A stretch of 24,000 nucleotides of DNA from NCBI GenBank assembly GCA_041489255.1, contig JBGPQV010000003.1, positions 53,448 to 77,447 on the forward strand. Direction: 5' to 3'. Under the pieces are notes generated by a model. That model was not told the origin of the DNA. It made no database searches and saw only the letters and a list, made by a program, of their open reading frames with translations. Below are positions 1-8,300 of this stretch, in pieces; within the stretch, counting starts at the first letter, position 1; each line of letters opens with the position of its first letter. This stretch comes from Thermoplasmata archaeon (GTDB taxonomy: Archaea > Thermoplasmatota > Thermoplasmata > RBG-16-68-12 > JAFNFQ01). Both the position numbers and the translations under genes were made by a program.

Positions 1-96
1 GCTGCCTGACTACCGAGGCTGCGGTTGGTGAACCGGGGATTTGATACGCCCCAGGCTCTACAAAAGACTTATGAGCCTGCCAGCGAATCTTGACTC

Positions 97-2565
97 ATGG
101 GTCTGGAGGCGGGGACCGTGAGGACTGTCGCTGCGTTATTGGTTGGGTGCCTCTTCGTGAATTCCATTTCCGGCTATGTCATGCAGCAACCGCCGTCGCC
201 TCAGACAGTGACGCTGCCATGCACGTTCGAGGTCGCCCAGGGCGGGTCGAACCATGCAGTAGAGCCCGTCGAGCGGGCGCAGACAGTCAGCTCATTCTAC
301 AACTACTTCAGCGACAGCGCACACACGCCGTTCGCCGAGGCCTACGTGAGCGTGCTCTATCTCTATCTTGACACCGGAAGCAGCAGGTTGTACTTCGTGT
401 TCCACTTCAATGTCGACGGAAGCGGAACGCCTGATGCACTGACGGATGTTGAGCTGCAGGGAATCCCGGCAGGAGCTTCAGTGGCGGTCTCCGACGACCC
501 CGGGGAGTTCAACCTCGCGCGCAATCCCCAGGGCCAGTTCCATTACTTCACCAACACTGACGGCGGCGCCCTTGGACCGCTGCCGACGAGCAGCGAGTGG
601 ACCATGAAGGTGGACCTGACCCACTATGGCCCGGACCCGGCGCGCTACCAGCGCTGGGTCGATAGCGACGGTACTCACATCCCGCTTTCGATGACGGGGC
701 AGGTCACGATCGGGAGCGCATGCAACAAGCCGCCTGTGGCGAACGGCAGCGGGCCGTACATCGGCACCGAGGGGTCTCCGATCCTGTTCAACGCGAGCGG
801 TTCCTATGACCCCGACGGAGACGCGCTCACCTACGCATGGGACTTCGAAAACGATGGCACCACGGACATCACGACGATGAACGCCACGGTCAGCCACACA
901 TATCCTGATGACTTCAAAGGGAAAGCGAGGCTCACAGTCTCCGATGGGAAACTGCAGAATTCTACGACGGTCGACGTGGGCGTGAAGAATGTCTCTCCGT
1001 CAATAACCTTCGACTCAGTCACGGATTCTCCAGAGGGCGGTGTGATCACGCTGCAGTTCAGCATCACCGACCCAGGAGCAGATCCGGTGAATGTCACGGT
1101 GGACTGGGGAGACGGCCTCCCGCCAGAATTCATCGGCCCATGGTTCAACCCGAGCGGACAGACGGTGACCGCCACGTGGACTTACGGAGATGACGGCAGC
1201 TTCCCGCTCGAGATCACCGCAACCGACGACGATGGCGGGGTCGGGATGCTGGAAGGCAAGTTCGCGATAGTGCAGAACCTCCCGCCGACAATCATCGCAC
1301 TTTCATTCCCAGCCACCGCAGACGAGGGGTCGCTCGTCGACATGACCGCAACCGGACAGGATCCGGGGAGCGATGACCTCCGTTTCACCGTGGACTTCGG
1401 AAACGGCGAGGTGGAGTCGAGGGTTTTCTACAATGACGGGGCCCGCCCTGACCCGCCGCTGAGCCCGCTCGGGACGTTCCCGTTCGCAGCCACGTCCACA
1501 TTCACGGCATTCTACCCGCAGGACGGGGACTATGCCGGGGAGTTGACGGTGCAGGATGACGATGGCGGTAGTCTCGTGGTCACCTTCTACATCAACATTC
1601 AGAATGTTCCTCCGACGATTATCCCCTTCGGACCGGTCTATGTCGACGAGGGATCACCCGGCAGCATGACCGCCACCGCAACAGACCCGGGCAACGACAC
1701 GCTCGCATTCCATTGGGAGTTCGAACTCGGGCCCACCCTGGACGAGACATTCCCCGCAACCGGATCGCCAATGAGCGCCACCAGCACCGCCGCCTTCCTG
1801 TACGGGGATGACGGCAACTATTCCGTCCTCCTCACTGTGACAGATGAGAACGGCGCCTCTGCGGTGTATGAGACAGCGGTCATCGTCAGGAATGTCGCAC
1901 CGACCACGCGGATCGTCCAGGTCAACCGTCCAGGAACGTTCACGCTGCGCGTTGCGGGAGAGAAGTGGCACGATGTCGAAGGCATCTTCTTCATCAACGA
2001 CACTGTGCTCGGCGACCTGCGCATCGTCAGGATGCCGGGCTCCCCCGATGATCAGGCGATGTCAACGAACGTGACGGACCTGTTCCTATCGGCCAACTAT
2101 TCCGCGAGGATCGTGTACACACCAGAAGACGACCCGATCAACGGGCAGCCTAATGGCGCGAACCCCGTGTGGATCATGGTCGGGTCTCCAGGTGAGGAGC
2201 CGATCAGAATACACCACACGTTCAATGTCAACCACCCCGGGACCTACGTATGGGAGGTGGACCTCACGCCGTATGTGGCGAGATTGGCGGTTCAGTTCAA
2301 GGCGGTGGCGGTAGACCCGGGCAGCGACGACCTGACGTTCGAGTGGGACTTTGGGGACAACAGCACGATCCAGAACTCAACGGCGTTCAACGATGATGTC
2401 GGGCCGGACCCGCCAGAGAGCCCGGGCGGTACCTTCCCGTTCACCGCTGCGAGCGAGGTCAGCCATGCTTTCGCGAGCCCTGGAACCTATGTAGTCAGGC
2501 TGACCGTTCATGACGATGATGGCGGGAGCTCGACCACCAGTATGACCATCGCGATCCTTGGCTGA
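97..2565 (+). CDS. Secreted multi-PKD-repeat surface protein (822 aa)
   Basis: ATG at 97. The N-terminus has a hydrophobic signal-like segment (VAALLVGCLFVNSISG). At least five PKD-type repeats have cores WDFENDG, VDWGDG, VDFGNG, WEFELG and WDFGDN. Each is followed by a strand of the form [LI]T[VA].D[DE].G (LTVSDGK, ITATDDDGG, LTVQDDDGG, LTVTDENG, LTVHDDDGG). It is a single long ORF with no competing frame. Confidence 0.85.
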   Translation: MGLEAGTVRTVAALLVGCLFVNSISGYVMQQPPSPQTVTLPCTFEVAQGGSNHAVEPVERAQTVSSFYNYFSDSAHTPFAEAYVSVLYLYLDTGSSRLYFVFHFNVDGSGTPDALTDVELQGIPAGASVAVSDDPGEFNLARNPQGQFHYFTNTDGGALGPLPTSSEWTMKVDLTHYGPDPARYQRWVDSDGTHIPLSMTGQVTIGSACNKPPVANGSGPYIGTEGSPILFNASGSYDPDGDALTYAWDFENDGTTDITTMNATVSHTYPDDFKGKARLTVSDGKLQNSTTVDVGVKNVSPSITFDSVTDSPEGGVITLQFSITDPGADPVNVTVDWGDGLPPEFIGPWFNPSGQTVTATWTYGDDGSFPLEITATDDDGGVGMLEGKFAIVQNLPPTIIALSFPATADEGSLVDMTATGQDPGSDDLRFTVDFGNGEVESRVFYNDGARPDPPLSPLGTFPFAATSTFTAFYPQDGDYAGELTVQDDDGGSLVVTFYINIQNVPPTIIPFGPVYVDEGSPGSMTATATDPGNDTLAFHWEFELGPTLDETFPATGSPMSATSTAAFLYGDDGNYSVLLTVTDENGASAVYETAVIVRNVAPTTRIVQVNRPGTFTLRVAGEKWHDVEGIFFINDTVLGDLRIVRMPGSPDDQAMSTNVTDLFLSANYSARIVYTPEDDPINGQPNGANPVWIMVGSPGEEPIRIHHTFNVNHPGTYVWEVDLTPYVARLAVQFKAVAVDPGSDDLTFEWDFGDNSTIQNSTAFNDDVGPDPPESPGGTFPFTAASEVSHAFASPGTYVVRLTVHDDDGGSSTTSMTIAILG

Positions 2566-2665
2566 ACTGATTCCAATCAGCCACATCCATACGGCAAAGT
2601 ATTTTGTCAGGCCGAATATCGGTCGACAAAATGGGACTGCTCCATAGAACTCTTTGTCCGGTCTT

Positions 2666-2714
2666 GTCCCCCCAAGCTCCGCCCTGCAATACGGGCGGGG
2701 CACCTTTCCTTTTT
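2666..2714 (+). terminator. GC hairpin plus T-tract element, copy A (candidate terminator of the PKD gene; a second copy lies at 15166..15211)
   Basis: The stem ctccgccc (2677..2684) pairs with gggcgggg (2693..2700) around an 8-nt loop, followed by cacctttccttttt. The element lies about 100 nt after the stop codon at 2563..2565. Confidence 0.4.
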
Positions 2715-3126
2715 CCATTATGGGATAAATTCTTGTCCCGATTCCTGCACTCGCTCTCACAGGTGGAACATGGAAATTGAATGAACGAAGACTAGCCCTG
2801 AAGACTCACAGGAATCGCGGGCAAAGATGATCGCCGAAAATAATAGGGCGTTGAACCGATATGTGGCAGGAATTAGTAACCAAAGCCTAACGAAGGTGAA
2901 AGAGCGAGCCGATTCTCTCCAAATGGCCATGGATCAGTTGGGGAATGATGTGTGCCCGGCAGCTGCCGACCTCAACAAGGTAGCAAGCTGCGTGCGGCTG
3001 CCAACGTGGGACGCAATCTGCGAATCTCTTATCGTGAAAGCATATCCTCCCCATGGCTTAGCGGACTAGGTGACCACTTGATTGAATCTACCCTCTTGCT
3101 GCGCCTGCTCTGCGCCCAGCCGCGGT

Positions 3127-3672
3127 TCACAACTGCACGAAGAGGCAATTATAGACCGTCGGAGGTCCGGGCTCCCCCGGTGCATTGCCTTTCATGCCAG
3201 GCACTCTTAGGGAGAGTATCGACCATGGCAGCACCTCGATGCCTTCGTTCTCGAGTTGTCTCAGTATGCAGTCCTCCAGATGTTTCAGTCTGTCGGGCAC
3301 GATCTCGGGGTCCTGCCACCCTCTTTCCCCCAGCACACCCCAGTGGAACCTCGCAAGCGGCCGCGCCTTGCTGATGTGTATGAAGGCTTCGTAATCGCCC
3401 ATCCTTATCTGGCCCGGCTTCGTGCGAGGGTCCCTCGAAACAGGTTTCAGTCTCGACTCCGAGGTCCTTATCCAGTGGCATATGTCGTAGTTCCCATCTA
3501 GCCAATAATACGCGTTTACGCCGCATTCGTCTCTGATGCGTTGGCAAAGTCTCTCCACCTTGGCACAATCTCTCATCGTGAATTCGAACTTGGGGTCCAT
3601 CTTGTCGAAATCCATCGATGGATACATCTCTCTTGTCAGACGGATTATCTTGTCCGGAATCACGCTCTCCAT
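3127..3672 (-). CDS. Putative immunity protein, paralog 3 (orphan copy, 181 aa)
   Basis: ATG at 3670..3672, 16 nt downstream of the stop of the orphan toxin tip. By hand count about 155/181 residues are identical to the ORF at 4795..5340. It has no signal peptide. The block YYWLDGNYDICHWIR is shared, and the C-terminus is CLF-x-x-x. Confidence 0.75.
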   Translation of the reverse strand: MESVIPDKIIRLTREMYPSMDFDKMDPKFEFTMRDCAKVERLCQRIRDECGVNAYYWLDGNYDICHWIRTSESRLKPVSRDPRTKPGQIRMGDYEAFIHISKARPLARFHWGVLGERGWQDPEIVPDRLKHLEDCILRQLENEGIEVLPWSILSLRVPGMKGNAPGEPGPPTVYNCLFVQL

Positions 3673-3688
3673 TCAAATCATCTCATGG

Positions 3689-3871
3689 TTATTTCTGCTG
3701 TCGCCAATCGTTCACTGCTTTAATCCAGGCCCATACATTCTCATCTTTCACGGGGAAGAATGAAATTATCGAACCATCCGAAGCCCTTACAACAATTTTC
3801 ATCTCGTCGATGTCACGCATCCCTGGTCTATACGTGTATGTTCGTCTGACTGAATCTTGGCTTGCCAGAAT
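3689..3871 (-). pseudogene. Orphan 5'-truncated toxin C-terminal tip (60 codons plus stop), homologous to the last 60 aa of the giant protein
   Basis: My minus-strand translation is ILASQDSVRRTYTYRPGMRDIDEMKIVVRASDGSIISFFPVKDENVWAWIKAVNDWRQQK-stop. The giant protein tail is IKLDTNSGNLIYTYKPHMYGIDEVTIVVRASDGSIISFFPVQGENVWAWIKALNDWRQQI-stop, about 41/60 identical by hand. The frame is closed upstream by an in-frame TAG at 3872..3874. The fragment is too short to appear in the ORF track. Confidence 0.75.
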
Positions 3872-3927
3872 CTAACAGGAAATCGATATCCTGTAGAGAC
3901 CCGTCTTTCTGGCCCTCACATGACCAT

Positions 3928-4473
3928 TCAAATCCAGGAGAAGAGGCATTCGAACACTCTTGGCGGCTCTGGATTGTCGAACACCCGACCTCCCATGCCT
4001 GGCACTGGGCGGAGCAAGATATCCCTCGGAATGACCTCGATGCCCTCCGATCGTAGTTGGCTCAGTATGCACGTTTCAAGGGATTTCAGCTTTGCTGGCG
4101 GTTCGGGGAGTATCTCCCAGTGAAGCTTCCCTAGAACTTGCCAGGTCATTGCTGCCAGCGGGGCCGCCCTGCTGATATTCATCTGAACCTCGATGTCTCC
4201 AGTCCTATAATCCTCATGGCGAGCTTTGGGGTGCCCCGACACAGGCTTCTCCCTCGAGGTTGAGAGCCGTATCCAGTGACAGATGTCGTAGTTGCCGTCT
4301 AGCCAGTAATGGACGTTGACTTGACATTCCGATTCCAGGCGTCTGCAAAGCCTTTGCACCCTCGCAGGGTCGTCCTTTGAGCGCGCAAGGCGGGAATCCC
4401 TTTCGTTCACGTTCATGGTTGGATAAATTTCTCTTATCAAACGCATCAGGTCATCTGGGATTGCTGTTTCCAT
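3928..4473 (-). CDS. Putative immunity protein, divergent paralog 2 (181 aa from ATG 4473)
   Basis: The internal ATG at 4471..4473 gives METAIPDDLMRLIREIYP..., colinear with MQSVIPDKIMRLIREMYP... in the paralogs and the same 181-aa length. GGTGA lies 8-12 nt upstream. It shares HYWLDGNYDICHWIR and the C-terminal ECLFSWI. Roughly half its residues are identical to the other two copies. Confidence 0.7.
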   Translation of the reverse strand: METAIPDDLMRLIREIYPTMNVNERDSRLARSKDDPARVQRLCRRLESECQVNVHYWLDGNYDICHWIRLSTSREKPVSGHPKARHEDYRTGDIEVQMNISRAAPLAAMTWQVLGKLHWEILPEPPAKLKSLETCILSQLRSEGIEVIPRDILLRPVPGMGGRVFDNPEPPRVFECLFSWI

Positions 4474-4489
4474 CTCTGTCACCGTTTCG

Positions 4490-4794
4490 TCAAAACTGTT
4501 GAACCCATCTTGAGGGGCTTGGGTCTTGTGCCAAGAAATCCATCCTTGACCTAGTTCCGTGGCGGGAGGCAGCATCGCGCTGCAGCTGGAGGTACACCGT
4601 CTTCCTCCTTCCATCCCTTTCAAACTCCCCGAATATCGAACGGCCGATGTTCATTTGACCGCACGGATGGAATGCGCTTGGGGCATTTAAGCCATCATTT
4701 GGAAAGCAGTCAAATCTTTGCGCCCAATCTCTCTTCCATCGATTGGATGCGGTATCGGAGTCGGGCGTACTCGCCGCAGCCGCTCGGCTGCAAT
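4490..4794 (-). other. Possible second orphan toxin-tip remnant (open frame ending at TGA 4490..4492)
   Basis: An open frame ends exactly 16 nt upstream of the paralog-2 ATG, the same spacing as the other two tip/immunity junctions. Its tail ...SRWVQQF only faintly echoes ...NDWRQQI. It has no credible start codon (only TTG at 4816, inside the upstream gene). It cannot be resolved by eye. Confidence 0.25.
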
Positions 4795-5340
4795 TCATAT
4801 CGACGAGAAGAGGCAATTATAGACAGTCGGAGGTCCCGGTTGCCCAGGTGCATTACCTTTCATACTAGGTACTCTTAGGAAGAGAATCGACAATGGCAGC
4901 ACCTCGATGCCTTCATTCCTGAGTTGATTCAGAATGCAGTCGTCCAGCTGTTTCAGTCTGTCGGGCACATTCTCGGGGTGCTGCCACCCTCTTTCCCCGA
5001 GCACACCCCAGTCGAACCTCGCAAGGGGCCGGGCCTTGCTGATGAATATGAAAGCCTCGTAACTGCCCATCGTCTTCTCTTCCGGCTTCGTGCGAGGGTC
5101 CCTCGAAACGGGTTTCAGTCTCGACTCCGAGGTTCGTATCCAGTGGCATATATCGTAGTTCCCGTCTAGCCAATAGTACACGTTCACGCCGCATTCTTCT
5201 CTAATGCGTTGGCATAGTCTCTCCACCTTGGCGCTGTCTCTCATCGTGAACTCGAACTTGGGGTCCATCTTGTCGAAGTCCATCGATGGATACATCTCCC
5301 TTATCAGACGCATTATCTTGTCCGGAATCACGCTCTGCAT
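4795..5340 (-). CDS. Putative cognate immunity protein, paralog 1 (181 aa)
   Basis: ATG at 5338..5340, 16 nt after the giant gene stop (5357..5359). The spacer, read on the minus strand, is TCATGAGATGATCTGA and contains a GAGATGAT SD-like motif. It is a small cytosolic-looking protein and is paralogous to 3127..3672 and 3928..4473. Confidence 0.75.
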   Translation of the reverse strand: MQSVIPDKIMRLIREMYPSMDFDKMDPKFEFTMRDSAKVERLCQRIREECGVNVYYWLDGNYDICHWIRTSESRLKPVSRDPRTKPEEKTMGSYEAFIFISKARPLARFDWGVLGERGWQHPENVPDRLKQLDDCILNQLRNEGIEVLPLSILFLRVPSMKGNAPGQPGPPTVYNCLFSSI

Positions 5341-5356
5341 TCAGATCATCTCATGA

Positions 5357-8300
5357 TTATATCTGCTGTCGCCAGTCGTTCAATGCTTTAATCCAGGCCC
5401 ATACATTCTCACCTTGCACAGGGAAGAATGAGATTATCGAACCATCTGAAGCCCTAACGACGATGGTTACCTCATCAATACCATACATGTGAGGCTTATA
5501 GGTGTAGATAAGATTGCCTGAATTGGTATCGAGCTTGATGTCTCCCAACGGGGTATTTCTTAGACCGTCCCTGAGCAACTCCCAGACTTGTGCGTCGGTC
5601 ATTGCCGGAGGGAGCGTCTTTTCGATTGGATATCCAGTGATGGTCTTGCCCGTCGGGAAGAAGGATGTAATATCCTTATCCAAGCTGACTATGCTGCCTT
5701 CAATGTGGCGGCCAATGACATGGAACTGACCAAACCGCCCGTCTCCCATTTTGAGGACCGCGATGCCGTCGGGCAATCCGCTGGCCTTCCATGCTTTCAA
5801 CACTTCATCAGCGCCAGCACCTTCGTCGAGCGGGTTAGCACCGTTCTTCCTAACCCACGCTCCGAACCTTTCGAGGGCCCCAGGTTCGAGTTCGATTACA
5901 TCTTTTGTCACAGACCTCCAGACACCCTCTCGAATAGCTCTATCCGGAAAGGCGGCTTCGAAACCGATTACTTCAGCCTCTGGAAGTCTCAACAACGCCT
6001 TTGTCCTTCCGCGAAGGATGTCGTCTGATATGCCGAGGACATCCGCACTCCACTTGGTCATCAGCACCAAGCCCGCCAGCCCGATTCCGTTCGCGAACAT
6101 CTCCTCGAAGAAGCCTCCGAACAGCTCTGCAAGTGCGTAGCTGCCAGCGAAGATGGCACCCGCAAGGGCGAGTTTCACTGTGCATCGGCCGAAGTATTCA
6201 TAAGCCCTAGCTGCGAAACTGATGATTCTTTGGAGGGGACCGAGCTTGGAAAGTGCTTGAGTAATCATTGCCCCAATGTTTCCAGCTTCGAGGGCTCCTT
6301 TGACAGCGGCTCCCGCACCCGCCGTCACAATCATTCCGATTATATTTCCGATCCAATACCAGTAATTGAATGTCTCGTGATCATTGCTCATGTCCCAGGG
6401 ATCGTTGTCGCCGTCGGGAACCGGGTCGTAGGGATTGGCGTTTTCTGCTTGTTGAACTAAAGCGTCGTAGAGAGACCCAAGAGCGTTTCGCAATGTATCA
6501 CCGGGATTCCCGCTATTGAGCAGGTCATGCCCGAACGATGCGCCAGAATCGAACAGCGAACCTGCATTTTTCATAATGGACGGTATGCTCGTGAACATCC
6601 CCGAGAAACAATCCCACAAGCCGACTGCCATCCCTCCAACCTCTGGACCAAGATACTTGACCGTCAGGTCTTTCAGAAGGTCCCGAGCTCTGTCAAAATA
6701 TGTGTCTTGCTTGAGCCAGTAATGGTTTGCATTGCCGTTGACGTCCACCACATAGAAATCGACGGTCTTGCCCGTGAATGCATCCAAGAAGCCGATGCTG
6801 AAGTCCTTATTGCGAGTGTCGAAGATATTCGCATAGAGATCGTCGTTGGAATACTCCTTTCCATCAACGACAGTTATTAAGGACCCTAGCCCCACGTTGT
6901 CGGACATGACGATGGTGACGTGGACACACTTCAGCCCTTCCCAGCAAAGTGAGGTGGACCAAGACAAATCAATGTAAGGAACGACCAATTCCACTACGCT
7001 GGGTTCGTCATCTATGTCATCTTTCATCCTATCTCCATCGCTGTCCTGCTTTCTTGGGTCAACTTTCTGTAAGAACTCCATCAGATCATTTAGCCCGTCT
7101 CCGTCCGTGTCTTTCTTGTCCGGATCGGAAGTCACGTGGTAGCGAGTAAAGAGTGGCCTTATGGCCTCCGACACCATGTTCTGGGCGTGGACTGGAAGGG
7201 ATGTATCGTCGAGTATGCGGGTCATCTCGTAGACGTTCGCGACGGAGGTGAGCATGACCGTGTCCCATCCTAGGATCTCTATTCCGTCGAGCAGAAGGTC
7301 CCCGTCGCAATCAGGATTCAGCGGGTTAGTCACCCATCCATAAACACCAGTGACTTCTTCGCCATCTTTGAGTCCGTCGCCATCCGTGTCGGGTTCCAAC
7401 GGATTCGTCCCGTATCCACCGCCAGGATTCGGCTCCCCCAGGTAGCCCACCTCACCTAACTCTTCACCAGAATCCCAGACTTGGTTGCGCAAGGTGTCGT
7501 GCCAGCCATCCCAGAGTCCGTCCCCATCCGTATCAGAGAGCACGGGACTTGTGCGGTAGTTCCGTTCCCCCATCAGCTCGCCAGAATCCCATATTTGATT
7601 GGGAGTCCCCTGATTGTCATTCCAGCCGTCCCAGAGTCCGTCCCCATCAGAGTCTGGATCGCATGCGTTTATGAGGCTATCACCATCAGTGTCAACCCAC
7701 CAGTCTATTTCCGAACCATCTAAGATTCCATCTCCGTCACTGTCAGGATTTGTTGAGGAAAGGCACGAGTAGGCAGGTAAGCCCTCGATTCCGTCGCTCA
7801 GTCCATCGGAATCGGAATCCAGCAGATCTTCCGGCGTGTAATCTCTGCCGCCTAGAATCACGAGAATCGATTCGAGCAATAGATCGCCCTTGGTGCTCGA
7901 GTGGAACCGAATCGGTATGAATTGATAACCGTCCACATCCGGGTAGCTCGCCAGCAATGCGTTGATAGCGTCGGTATCCAAAAGCACAATCAGGTGGTCA
8001 GTCCATGGAAATGGGATGCCTGCATCAGGGCTGACATATCCCTCTTGCTTCCACTCAGGATTGTCATCCCCCTCTGATGTCACGATATTGATGGAGACAT
8101 CATGCGGATAATCTACGCAAAACATCTGATATACCAAAGAGCCCGAATCGGTAGTCCAATCAATCGATTCGAAGAAATTAACATCGTAGAGCAAAGCATG
8201 GTTTGCCCAAATTCGCGCGTCGTCGCTCGCGGCCCAATAGAATTCCCCGTTGAACATCCTTAGTATCATCCAGTATGTGGTTTCCGCTTCTAGCAGTACT

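Noticed and set aside
2594-2605. The 12-mer GCAAAGTATTTT is shared between 2594..2605 and 15405..16, which hints at a common promoter motif and a small RNA running from ~2630 to the hairpin at 2714.
   Set aside because: By rough estimate, exact 12-mer matches are expected by chance many times in a 24-kb window, so the match alone is not evidence. I keep it only as something to revisit if transcript data exist.
2377-2760. 127-aa minus-strand ORF spanning the end of the PKD gene and hairpin copy A.
   Set aside because: It overlaps the 3' end of a well-supported CDS and the hairpin/T-tract element, and has no supporting features.
2827-3069. 80-aa plus-strand ORF in the lower-GC spacer between the PKD gene and the immunity array.
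   Set aside because: It has no ribosome-binding motif, no recognisable family and no paralogue in the window. It could be real, but the sequence alone does not support it. I also found no convincing C/D-box or tRNA-like RNA in this spacer.
3149-3676. Alternative-frame and antisense ORFs over the immunity genes (3149..3676, 3185..3394, 3256..3501, 4913..5194, 4924..5169).
   Set aside because: The frame conserved across three paralogues identifies the real reading frame. The alternatives are not conserved between copies as proteins.
4474-4623. 231-aa version of immunity paralogue 2 starting at 4623.
   Set aside because: The start at 4623 is TTG. The paralogues define a 181-aa protein beginning at the internal METAIPDD, which has its own GGTGA motif. 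The upstream part is better treated as a possible toxin-tip relic.
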